NCBI GenBank assembly: GCA_048882385.1
Contig: JBHLRQ010000053.1
Coordinates: 1 to 20,976, forward strand
Length of the DNA: 20,976 bases
Origin: Candidatus Thorarchaeota archaeon
GTDB lineage: Archaea > Asgardarchaeota > Thorarchaeia > Thorarchaeales > Thorarchaeaceae
Direction: 5' to 3'
Shown piece after piece: positions 1-8,421 of this stretch; positions within the stretch are counted from its first letter, which is position 1; every line of letters begins with the position of its first letter. Made by a program: the position numbers and the translations under genes. The notes beneath the pieces were generated by a model. That model ran no database searches and was not told the origin of the DNA. It saw only the letters and a program-made list of their open reading frames with translations.

Positions 1-1376
1 GATTTGAAGACTCCAGCTCCTCGGAAGGCTAGGATAGCAGCGCCTACAGCAGTTGCTTCCTCCATGTGAGTTCGAATGACTGGTGTGCGAAGAATATCTG
101 CTTGGATTTGCATCCACATCTCACTTCTTGCGGCTCCTCCAGTCACACGGACTTCTCTTGCAGGAAGACCCAACTCACGCATCACTTCTACATTGGTTCT
201 AATCTCGTAGGATACTCCTTCAAGAATAGCACGGATGATATGTGCACGTGTGTGTCCCAAAGCTAGGCCAGCAAAAATACCTCGTGCATAGGGGTTCCAA
301 TTTGGAGCTCCTGCACCGACGAAATGGGGAATATGGATGACTCCTGCAGATCCAGGGGGTATAGTACTTGCCTCTTCTGTTATCACGTCGTATGGATCAA
401 TACCTCTCTCATCTGCCATACTGACCTCTTCTACACCAAGATTATCCCTGAACCATTTCAAAGCTGAACCTGTTGTGAACATACTTGCTTCCACAACAAA
501 TGAGTCAGGAACCACATGACGACTGCATAAAACTCGAAGTCCAGGGTCTAATCGAACAGTCTTCGAATGAGCGAGAATGAACGTCCCGGTCCCAGTGGTC
601 GATTTCAGCATTCCTTCTTTGACAACACCCACACCTAATGCAGCACACTGTTGGTCCCCACCACCAGCCACTATTGGCGTGCCTTTCTTTAGACCTGTTT
701 CCCTTGAAGCTTTGAGTGTCAATTCTCCGATTTGACTACCGGACTCAACAGCTCTTGGGAGTTTCTCCGTTGGAATTTCAAGTCCTTCTAGAATTCTTTG
801 AGACCATCCAGCCTTCCGGACATCAAATAGCATAGTCCTGCTGGCATTCGAATAATCGGTTACAAATTCATCAGATAGTCGAAAGATGAGATAGTCGTGA
901 ACGAGTAGAAACTTGTGAGTTTTCTTGAAGATCGATTCTTCATTTTGTTTAATCCAGAGTATCTTAGGTGCAGAAAAGTAAGGATCAACTGTGAGTCCAG
1001 TTATTGAGTAGACAGCATCTTGAGATAGTGTTCTTTCTATCCAATCACACTGACGTACTGTTCTTCTGTCTTGCCAGACGATTGCTTTATGCAAAGGGTT
1101 TCCATCCTCATCTACCGGAACAATGGTTTCACGTTGGTTGGTCACGCTAATGGCGATGACTCGTTCAGGGTCAAGCTCAGATTCTGAAAGCGCCTTTGCA
1201 ACAGTTTCACAAGACCGTGCCCACCAACTCTCAGCATCCTGTTCAACCCAAGATGGATTTGGATAGACACTCTCATACTCTGAGTATGCCTTACCAATGA
1301 CTTTCCCAGTCTTATCAAAAAACATAGAACGGACACCTGTGGTCCCAGCATCAATTGCGAGTACAATCTCGGTCAT
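1..1376 (-). CDS. FGGY-family carbohydrate kinase (xylulokinase/glycerol kinase-like), truncated at the window edge
   Basis: Hand-translated from the ATG at 1376 (not in the ORF track because no stop lies in the window): MTEIVLAIDAGTTGVRSMFFD...PSWVEQDAESWW...TNQRETIVPVD...IVWQDRRT...YFSAPKILW...TDYSNASRTMLFD...AGGGDQQCAALG...TTGTGTF...RAILEGV...VTGGAARS...EATAVGAA. These are FGGY kinase motifs. Confidence 0.92.
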   Translation of the reverse strand, partial: MTEIVLAIDAGTTGVRSMFFDKTGKVIGKAYSEYESVYPNPSWVEQDAESWWARSCETVAKALSESELDPERVIAISVTNQRETIVPVDEDGNPLHKAIVWQDRRTVRQCDWIERTLSQDAVYSITGLTVDPYFSAPKILWIKQNEESIFKKTHKFLLVHDYLIFRLSDEFVTDYSNASRTMLFDVRKAGWSQRILEGLEIPTEKLPRAVESGSQIGELTLKASRETGLKKGTPIVAGGGDQQCAALGVGVVKEGMLKSTTGTGTFILAHSKTVRLDPGLRVLCSRHVVPDSFVVEASMFTTGSALKWFRDNLGVEEVSMADERGIDPYDVITEEASTIPPGSAGVIHIPHFVGAGAPNWNPYARGIFAGLALGHTRAHIIRAILEGVSYEIRTNVEVMRELGLPAREVRVTGGAARSEMWMQIQADILRTPVIRTHMEEATAVGAAILAFRGAGVFK

Positions 1377-1432
1377 CAGTGACACTCATGAACTTGGAAA
1401 CAAACCCATGATATGAAAGCTTCGAGAGGAAT

Positions 1433-1753
1433 TCATCGATAACTCAATTCAGAGTCAATCACTTCTCTGATGTCCCTTTGTGGACCGATGCACTCCATCT
1501 TGAATTTCTGATCTCGTTTGATGCGATTTTCAAGCTGCATTGCGTCTCCGCGAGTCTTACATTCGGTCAGGTAAACCACATACTGAGGTTTGTGCATTTT
1601 CAGATAGGTTGCCCCCTTGGAGTTACCAGAAAGATGTTCTTGGAATCTCCTCGCGACATCATTAGTCATCCCAGTGTAGTAAGTCCCATCCTCTGTTTCA
1701 ATGATGTATACGAAGTACACCGAGTCAACCCAGTAGGTGTTGGTGCTCCCCAT
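1433..1753 (-). CDS. Small stand-alone GIY-YIG nuclease family protein (UPF0213-like)
   Basis: YFVYII...YYTGMTND.ARRFQEH...GATYL and a conserved Glu in AMQLENRIK match the GIY-YIG catalytic signature. Confidence 0.85.
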   Translation of the reverse strand: MGSTNTYWVDSVYFVYIIETEDGTYYTGMTNDVARRFQEHLSGNSKGATYLKMHKPQYVVYLTECKTRGDAMQLENRIKRDQKFKMECIGPQRDIREVIDSELSYR

Positions 1754-1811
1754 GATAAAGGCCTTTGCAGTACATTCAATCGATGAGAAAGGTTAACAAG
1801 CTGCAGAACAC

Positions 1812-2777
1812 ATGTCGCGATTGAAAATGAAAGAGTGTGTGGTTGTCACAGGAGCAGCAGGTTTCATCGGTAGTCATCTTTCAGACCATTTGTTGGAACA
1901 GGGATACAAGGTCATTGGTATTGACAACATGAGAACAGGATTGATGCGAAATGTTGAAAGAGCAGTAGAAAATGCGAGTTTTGAACTAATGGAAGAGGAT
2001 GTTTGTAATCCATCCTTGAAGGACAAAATCGAGGAAAAAGTCGACATCATCTTTCATTTCGCCGCGATATCATCAGTGAAACTATCTATTGTAGATCCAT
2101 TCCTTGTACATGAGGTCAATGTTGAAGGTACTCTCAATATGCTAGATTTTGCCACAGAGAAAGGAGCATCGAGGTTCATACTTGCCTCAAGCGCTGCAGT
2201 CTATGGAAATCCTACTTCATTACCAGTTACCGAAAATTCGCCTGTATATCCTCTTAGCCCCTATGCAGCATCAAAACTCTCTGCTGAGATGTATTCTCTA
2301 GCCTTCGGAGAATCCTATTTGGTGAATCCAACTATCCTCAGATATTTCAATGTCTATGGTCCACGACAAGAAAATTCAGAATATAGTGGAGTGATCCCAA
2401 TTTTCATCAGTCAGGCACTCACTGACTCGCCCCTTACAATTGATGGCGATGGCTCACAGACTCGAAGTTTTATTCATATTGACGATGTAGTAAAAGCAAC
2501 CCTACTAGCAGCTCGGAATCCAGAAACAAGATTTCAAACATTGAATGTTTCTGGAACGGAGTCCACAAGCATACTCGAACTTGCACACCTCATCAAGAAT
2601 TATACTCCAGAATCAGATTCTGAAATCGTCTACAGGCCACCGAGGAAAGGTGATGTGAAGGATAGCATCGGGAGTATTGACAAGCTGTCAAAGCTCCTAA
2701 ATTTCACTCCCGAGGTGTCCCTTGAAACTGGACTCGATCGTACAGTTTCTTGGTATGAGCTAAATATGTCTACGTGA
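1812..2777 (+). CDS. NAD-dependent nucleotide-sugar epimerase/dehydratase (UDP-glucose 4-epimerase-like extended SDR)
   Basis: TGAAGFIGSH Rossmann motif, SSAAVYG, YAASK (YxxxK), RYFNVYGP, RSFIHIDD. The start could instead be the ATG at 1827. Confidence 0.9.
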   Translation: MSRLKMKECVVVTGAAGFIGSHLSDHLLEQGYKVIGIDNMRTGLMRNVERAVENASFELMEEDVCNPSLKDKIEEKVDIIFHFAAISSVKLSIVDPFLVHEVNVEGTLNMLDFATEKGASRFILASSAAVYGNPTSLPVTENSPVYPLSPYAASKLSAEMYSLAFGESYLVNPTILRYFNVYGPRQENSEYSGVIPIFISQALTDSPLTIDGDGSQTRSFIHIDDVVKATLLAARNPETRFQTLNVSGTESTSILELAHLIKNYTPESDSEIVYRPPRKGDVKDSIGSIDKLSKLLNFTPEVSLETGLDRTVSWYELNMST

Positions 2778-5700
2778 CTGTCAAGAGCAGGTTGATTTGA
2801 TCCATTACTCCTTCTTCAGTGCGAAGGATGATCTGTACAAGATACTGCGCTAGTACTATTCCTGTCGGTAAGTAGACTGTGACCTTTGGTGATGTGCCAT
2901 AGAGGTCTCCAGGTCCTACATCTCCTATATCCAAGGTGAATGTACTGTTAGAGGGATAGACTGTTGGGACTACGTCAGAGCCATGCCAATTGATTGAGAA
3001 GTTACCAGTTGCTGTCACAATGTCGAGACTCAAATTATGACTCACATCGTCATTGTTTCGTAACAAAGTGACAAGGCTAGTAAATTCGCCAGAATCTACT
3101 GTCAAAGGACTGAACACAACACTCTCAAACCCAACTTCTCCTACCTCCACTATCGTCTGGTTCAGTAGACCAAACATCTTGTAGTAGGCTTCGACCACAC
3201 TCTCACCAAGTTCTACACGGTCTCCAGTTTTGACATCTACAAGTCCTACACCACCAAGCTTCTGAATGACTCGATTGACTGAAGTTTCAACCTCAAGAAA
3301 GACTGGGATGACAAAGAACAGGTCTCCGCCGAGGTGATACAACAAGCGGTTTCCATACCTGTGTTCACCCCATAGTTGTAGCTGCGTACGTACAACGTCA
3401 TTCGTTTCGAATGCCTGAATTGCTGCATTTGGTCCTAGCCAATTGGAATACCCTGTTTCACCTGCCTTATAGAACGTAAAACGACCGAAATCCTTGTCGC
3501 CACACCCCATGATATAGATGCCTGCGAGGTTATGGGCCTCTGAGAAGCGAAACTCAGCATTGTGATAGGCAACGAACCGTTCCTCACCTTCAATGTTCAT
3601 AATCACATATCTAGTGTCAGAATCTGTCGGACTCTGATGAAAGTCGACTCCTGATCTCCACTGTTCACCATTACTGACGTGGTAATAGTATGCGGTTTCG
3701 AGCTGACGTTCATAGAGGTCCTCTGGCCACTTCAACTGAGCTTGGAGCCAAGAAGGCATCTCTTGCCAGTCGTAATAGTTCTTGTATGTGTTATCTAGAA
3801 AGAGACCATCGTCAGCTACGGGAGACTCGAAGAATTCGATATCGCCATTCTCAATGTCAACAAGCGCTACACCCATGAATCGTAAGTAGTTTTCATGAGC
3901 ATAGCCAGTTGCGAGATGATAGTCAATGAAGATAGATACTGCATAGTATAGATCTCCTGTTGGGCTTATTACAATATATGGATCATTATCAATATTGAGA
4001 CCTTGAAGGAGAATGTTCTCCACTCTTGTTAGAACATTTCGCTCTACTAGCATATCCATATCTCTACCAAGATACGACCATGCATCAGGACCCATTGTGA
4101 GTATGTAGAAGAATGACTCGAAGCCGCTCAATGTATAATCAGGAGTACCATCAAATGATGTATTTCCAACCTCTTGAAAGTTCGGAACATTGACGAACAC
4201 CACATCATGGAAACCAGCACCTTCACCATAGTAGAAATTGATATCCTCGGTGCGGTTGAATAGAGCGACCAAGGCATCGTCTTCAACCAGCTCACCGCTG
4301 AAAGCATCAAGTACCACAAGACCTTCAGTATGAGTATAGAGAATTCGTTGGCTGATGAAACTAGTCCATGTTGCTCCAACCTCAAAGGTCAATGGTGCAA
4401 TCCAGTATTCATGGCCTTTTAGATACACAATGTCTGAGTCTGCTAACTGCATCCAGTTCGTACCTATTTGATTCCGCATCCGCAAATAACTCGCTGTTTG
4501 ATCCCACTGCCGTACTGTTGTCAGCGACTCTACCTCACTTTCAGGCGTCGCGTTTAATATCAAATCATCTAACGTTTTTTCTTCAAAACCATCGAGTCCA
4601 GCTGCCCAGTTAGTAATCTCGATCTCTTTTGTTGTCTGAAGGTTGAACTTCCAATCTATGTAGCGATCTCCTTCCATTTGGATTCCATAGTAGAATCCTT
4701 GAATAAGAGGCAGTGCAATAACAATCACAATTAGGAAACCAGCTACCAAAGCAAAAGACCTCTGGGACCCTCCAATGGGAATGAGCCTTTCAAGTTTCAA
4801 ACGACGGAGCTCGTTCGCAATGTTCACACGGTCTTCCATCAAAAGATTGACTCTTTTTCGATAGTCCTCAGCTGATATCGCACCTGCCTCATACTCTTGA
4901 CGAAGAGAGAGCAGCTCGCCCTGTAGACGGGCAAGGTCTCCTTCGAGGGAGGCAATCTTACTCTTGAGGCGTTGTCGAACATCTCCTGAACGTACTCTTA
5001 CAACCATAAAAACCACAGATCCAGCAAGACTAGCTCCTAGGGCAATGAGTAATGCAAGATAACTCATCCAAGTACCAGCATTAACTGTCCACATTGGAAC
5101 ATTGAGGATTTCCAAGCCTAAAGCGAGAGCGACAACAAGCAAACCTTTCGAAATGATTACAAAGATGTCACGTCTCTGGAGCATGAGGTCTGTGATGATA
5201 CCAAAGACTAGTCGGGCTGCTGTAGCAACGAGAATTGTTGAGATGAGTCCGACATAGAGCTGATACGCCTCCATGGCTGGAATCAGACTCTGAATAGAAG
5301 CGGCTGAAGTTCCTGGAGCAAATGGAAGCGAAAACATTGTTGCCAATTGTCCAGGTGTTATGGATATCGACCCATCGCCCATCAACATCATCAAGAATGC
5401 TACATTTTGACCAGTGATAGAATATCCGCCAGTGGATACATAGTATAGGAAGAATGCTCCTATCTCAAATAACCTCCAGACTATTCCAGTCTTGATATCA
5501 AGGGTCTTTAGATGGGTTCCAGTCTGGGAGAGCGCAGATATGAAGGACAAAAATGTTGAACGTGTCCAAAGAGTAAAGACACTACTCAAAAGTGCTAGGA
5601 GCAGCGAGGCAGTGAAGATATTGTTATTCAATGTCCATGTAGCCCAGAAGTTTACATCAGACTTGGTTTGATACGCAGAAATGTAGATTGTCTGACCGAG

Positions 5701-5784
5701 TACCCAGCCATAGGTCGTTGCTGCAATGAGCGTTCCTACGATTGCGATGATTGTTAGAATAATGATCATTCTTAGATACTTCAT
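2770..5784 (-). CDS. UPF0182-like large membrane protein (multi-TM N-terminus, large extracytoplasmic domain)
   Basis: 1004 aa with several N-terminal hydrophobic helices. Motifs VRQWD, YTHTEG, FYYGEG, DNDPYIV, NYLR, LKWPEDL...YYYHV, GNRLLY and LFFVIPVFLE resemble UPF0182 family hallmarks (recognised from memory, not from a search). Confidence 0.75.
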   Translation of the reverse strand: MKYLRMIIILTIIAIVGTLIAATTYGWVLGQTIYISAYQTKSDVNFWATWTLNNNIFTASLLLALLSSVFTLWTRSTFLSFISALSQTGTHLKTLDIKTGIVWRLFEIGAFFLYYVSTGGYSITGQNVAFLMMLMGDGSISITPGQLATMFSLPFAPGTSAASIQSLIPAMEAYQLYVGLISTILVATAARLVFGIITDLMLQRRDIFVIISKGLLVVALALGLEILNVPMWTVNAGTWMSYLALLIALGASLAGSVVFMVVRVRSGDVRQRLKSKIASLEGDLARLQGELLSLRQEYEAGAISAEDYRKRVNLLMEDRVNIANELRRLKLERLIPIGGSQRSFALVAGFLIVIVIALPLIQGFYYGIQMEGDRYIDWKFNLQTTKEIEITNWAAGLDGFEEKTLDDLILNATPESEVESLTTVRQWDQTASYLRMRNQIGTNWMQLADSDIVYLKGHEYWIAPLTFEVGATWTSFISQRILYTHTEGLVVLDAFSGELVEDDALVALFNRTEDINFYYGEGAGFHDVVFVNVPNFQEVGNTSFDGTPDYTLSGFESFFYILTMGPDAWSYLGRDMDMLVERNVLTRVENILLQGLNIDNDPYIVISPTGDLYYAVSIFIDYHLATGYAHENYLRFMGVALVDIENGDIEFFESPVADDGLFLDNTYKNYYDWQEMPSWLQAQLKWPEDLYERQLETAYYYHVSNGEQWRSGVDFHQSPTDSDTRYVIMNIEGEERFVAYHNAEFRFSEAHNLAGIYIMGCGDKDFGRFTFYKAGETGYSNWLGPNAAIQAFETNDVVRTQLQLWGEHRYGNRLLYHLGGDLFFVIPVFLEVETSVNRVIQKLGGVGLVDVKTGDRVELGESVVEAYYKMFGLLNQTIVEVGEVGFESVVFSPLTVDSGEFTSLVTLLRNNDDVSHNLSLDIVTATGNFSINWHGSDVVPTVYPSNSTFTLDIGDVGPGDLYGTSPKVTVYLPTGIVLAQYLVQIILRTEEGVMDQINLLLTVT

Positions 5785-5867
5785 AGACTGTTTCCTCTCT
5801 CACTGGCAATGTGTGACATTTGGTTGCTACACATAAAGGGTTGGTGTTTTACACTTTATAGTAGTTA

Positions 5868-6365
5868 TCAGAGCAGATGCTTCTGGCTCCTTAGTGCAAA
5901 GGAGTTCCCATCAATTGCGCGCATAACTGCGAGTATGCCATCTAAGTGGTCATACTCGTGTTGAAGCAATTCGGAGAGATCATCTTCTAGATCTAATGTC
6001 TGTGGTTCCCAATTCAAGTCTCGATATTCAACCGTGCAGCGTTTGTGGCGTCGAACACGGACGAGAAGATCTGGAAAACACATGCAGTCGTCCCAGAGTT
6101 CAATCAGTTCTTTGCTCTTGTTCTTCAATTTGGGATTCAGAAATACTACAGGATCGTCAATGTGCATGTAGATGATTCGTTTCATGACCCCTATCTGAGG
6201 AGCGGCAATTGCCCTACCCACTCCGTATTCCCTTCGAAAGTTCATCATTGTGTCATGGAGATCATGGATAACCTGCCTTGTTATTTCTAACTCAGAAGCA
6301 TCAACTTCGTCAGACAACTTGTATAACTGAGGGTTTCCAAGCTTCAAAATCTCTCGAATCGTCAT
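5868..6365 (-). CDS. def: Peptide deformylase-like protein
   Basis: ILKLGNPQL, GRAIAAPQIG (motif 1), FLNPK, DDCMCFP (variant of motif 2 EGCLS), QHEYDHLDGIL (HExxH motif 3). Confidence 0.88.
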   Translation of the reverse strand: MTIREILKLGNPQLYKLSDEVDASELEITRQVIHDLHDTMMNFRREYGVGRAIAAPQIGVMKRIIYMHIDDPVVFLNPKLKNKSKELIELWDDCMCFPDLLVRVRRHKRCTVEYRDLNWEPQTLDLEDDLSELLQHEYDHLDGILAVMRAIDGNSFALRSQKHLL

Positions 6366-6443
6366 CGTTGTATATGAGAGCGATATGCGATATGAAGCTG
6401 TGGTTTCGATAGGAATATCAGAGGTGATGCAACTTCGTTTATC

Positions 6444-7271
6444 ATGGCACGACCAATGTGGTTTGTCAAACTACTGAAGAAGACATTCCCAAATAGGGGG
6501 CTCATTGCGAAGGCAACAAACATTCCCCTAATTGGAAGAATTGTAGACAAGATGCTCTTTGAGGGTGATGACATCATCTATTTGCCTAAAGATAGCGTTA
6601 CCCAAAAGACCATTCAGATCAATCAGCAGCTCGAAAGACCAGTAGAAACAGCTCTCCCATCAGAGATTGTTCATCACTTCATTGAGAAGGCCAAGGACCA
6701 CTGGATTATGGATTTTTGTATCTGTCGAGATTCTTCCAAGTGTAAGGACTACCCAATCAAGTATGGCTGTCTCTTTATGGGAGAGGCGATAGAGGGCATT
6801 AATCCTAAATTAGGCCGGCGCGTTACAAAAGAAGAAGCACATGAGTACGCGAGGAAATGTCGCGAGGCTGGTCTTGTTCACTTGATTGGACGTAACAAGC
6901 TTGATGCAGAATGGCTAGGCGTATCTCCCGGTGACAAGTTGTTGACTGTCTGTAATTGCTGTCCCTGTTGTTGCCTATGGAAGATTCTACCTGATTTGAA
7001 CCCTGAGATTGGTAGGAAAGTGACCAAGATGACAGGAGTTCATGTTGAAGTCACAGATGATTGTGTTGGTTGTGGAACCTGTGCAGAAGGTGTATGTTTC
7101 GTTGATGCAATCTCTCTGGTGGATGGAAGATCTGTTATTTCAAACCAGTGCCGAGGTTGCGGCAGATGTATCGAGGTCTGTCCAGAGTCAGCTATCAAAA
7201 TGACAATTGACAACTCACGTTTTGTTGAAGATACTATTGAGAGAGTTGCTTCCGTCGTAGATGTCGAGTAG
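6444..7271 (+). CDS. Cys-rich 4Fe-4S dicluster (ferredoxin-domain) protein
   Basis: CICR...C..YP...GC and CNCCPCCC, plus C-terminal CVGCGTCAEGVC and CRGCGRCIEVCP ferredoxin motifs. Confidence 0.88.
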   Translation: MARPMWFVKLLKKTFPNRGLIAKATNIPLIGRIVDKMLFEGDDIIYLPKDSVTQKTIQINQQLERPVETALPSEIVHHFIEKAKDHWIMDFCICRDSSKCKDYPIKYGCLFMGEAIEGINPKLGRRVTKEEAHEYARKCREAGLVHLIGRNKLDAEWLGVSPGDKLLTVCNCCPCCCLWKILPDLNPEIGRKVTKMTGVHVEVTDDCVGCGTCAEGVCFVDAISLVDGRSVISNQCRGCGRCIEVCPESAIKMTIDNSRFVEDTIERVASVVDVE

Positions 7272-7310
7272 AATCTTCAGGGCTAATCCAGACCCATTTG
7301 ACACATTTTT

Positions 7311-7326
7311 CAGAAACAATAATATA
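7311..7326 (+). promoter_or_regulatory. Putative BRE/TATA promoter of tupABC
   Basis: Purine-rich CAGAAACA followed by ATAATATA (7319-7326), about 60 bp upstream of the tupA ATG. Confidence 0.45.
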
Positions 7327-7348
7327 GGGAGTGTCAGAGAACCACGAC

Positions 7349-7372
7349 CGATATGTCTGTTGAAACATATCG
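7349..7372. promoter_or_regulatory. ModE-box-like palindromic operator upstream of tupA
   Basis: CGATATGT-N8-ACATATCG: perfect 8-bp inverted arms, 24 bp in total, ending 12 bp before the tupA ATG. It resembles the ModE consensus CGnTATATA-N6-TATATAnCG. Confidence 0.7.
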
Positions 7373-7384
7373 AGGCTAATATCT

Positions 7385-8383
7385 ATGCGTAGAGAAATGA
7401 GATTGGCAGCTGTTGCTATGGTAATCATAGCTTTGTTTGTAGGCACGGGTTTCGCATTCTATTGGATCCAGACTCAAAATAGAGAAACTCTAGTGATATC
7501 AACAACGACCAGTCTCTATGATACAGGTCTTCTCGATTTGATGAAGGAGAGATATGAGCAAGAGCATCCTAATGTCATTCTTGCATTCATTTCTGCGGGA
7601 ACAGGGATTGCAATAACACATGCCATGAATGGTGACGCGGACATGATCCTTGTTCATTCACCATCTCAAGAATACGCATTCATGAATGTAGGCTTTGGAG
7701 TAAACAGGAAGATTTTCGCATACAACTACTTCACAATTGTAGGACCTTCTAATGACATGGCTAGTATAAATCAGACGGACCCAATAACAGCATTGCAATC
7801 AATTTACAGCTATGGGCAGTCTCACAATACTAGTCTATGGGTCAGCCGTGACGATCTTTCGGGTACAAACTCAAAAGAGATAGCCCTCTGGACTGCTGCT
7901 GGATACAACTACACTGAACTGAAAGATTTGCCATGGTTTTTGTCCTCAGGAGCAGGCATGGGTTCAACTCTCAATATTGCAAATGAGCAATCATTGTATA
8001 CATTGTCTGATATTGGCACATATCTAAAGTATCGAGCTGATGAATTGATATCACTACATCAACTTGTTGAAGAGGGACAAGACCTTCTAAATGTGTATTC
8101 TGCAATTCCTGTGAACAGAAGCACTGTCAGTTCCGTGAGGTTTGAACTAGCGATGGAATTTCTTCAATGGCTTGTAAGTCCATCAGTACAGCAGGCAATA
8201 GCAGACCATGGCGTCACAGAATATGGACAGGGCCTTTTCTTCCCAGCAGTTGACATTCTTGAGACCGAGTCACCACCCCAGATCTTTGGATGGATAAGAG
8301 ATTATGCGTTCTTTGATTATGGAGGTGCGTTATACGAATGCCCTCCAATATGGCAGTCTGGTGATTATGGGCTTTATGGCTAA
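7385..8383 (+). CDS. tupA: Tungstate ABC transporter substrate-binding protein
   Basis: N-terminal TM anchor, STTTSLYDTGLLD (TTTS motif), GTGIA, GDADMILVHSP, YNYFTIVGP, SRDDLSGT, GMGSTL, YTLSDIGT, LLNVYS. Confidence 0.9.
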   Translation: MRREMRLAAVAMVIIALFVGTGFAFYWIQTQNRETLVISTTTSLYDTGLLDLMKERYEQEHPNVILAFISAGTGIAITHAMNGDADMILVHSPSQEYAFMNVGFGVNRKIFAYNYFTIVGPSNDMASINQTDPITALQSIYSYGQSHNTSLWVSRDDLSGTNSKEIALWTAAGYNYTELKDLPWFLSSGAGMGSTLNIANEQSLYTLSDIGTYLKYRADELISLHQLVEEGQDLLNVYSAIPVNRSTVSSVRFELAMEFLQWLVSPSVQQAIADHGVTEYGQGLFFPAVDILETESPPQIFGWIRDYAFFDYGGALYECPPIWQSGDYGLYG

Positions 8384-8421
8384 AAGGATAGGTAAAATCA
8401 GAATAGAGGATGAGATAAGAA

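Noticed and set aside
66-1366. Track ORFs 66-266, 337-519 and 1142-1366
   Set aside because: They are antisense or off-frame shadows of the FGGY kinase and have no recognisable motifs.
1757-1766. Perfect palindrome AAAGGCCTTT in the GIY-YIG/epimerase divergent gap
   Set aside because: Only 10 bp and single-copy, so it is expected by chance in 21 kb.
7299-7336. TGACAC-N26-GTGTCA inverted repeat flanking the tupA TATA
   Set aside because: The arms are only 6 bp, the spacer is long, and no counterpart exists at moaA.
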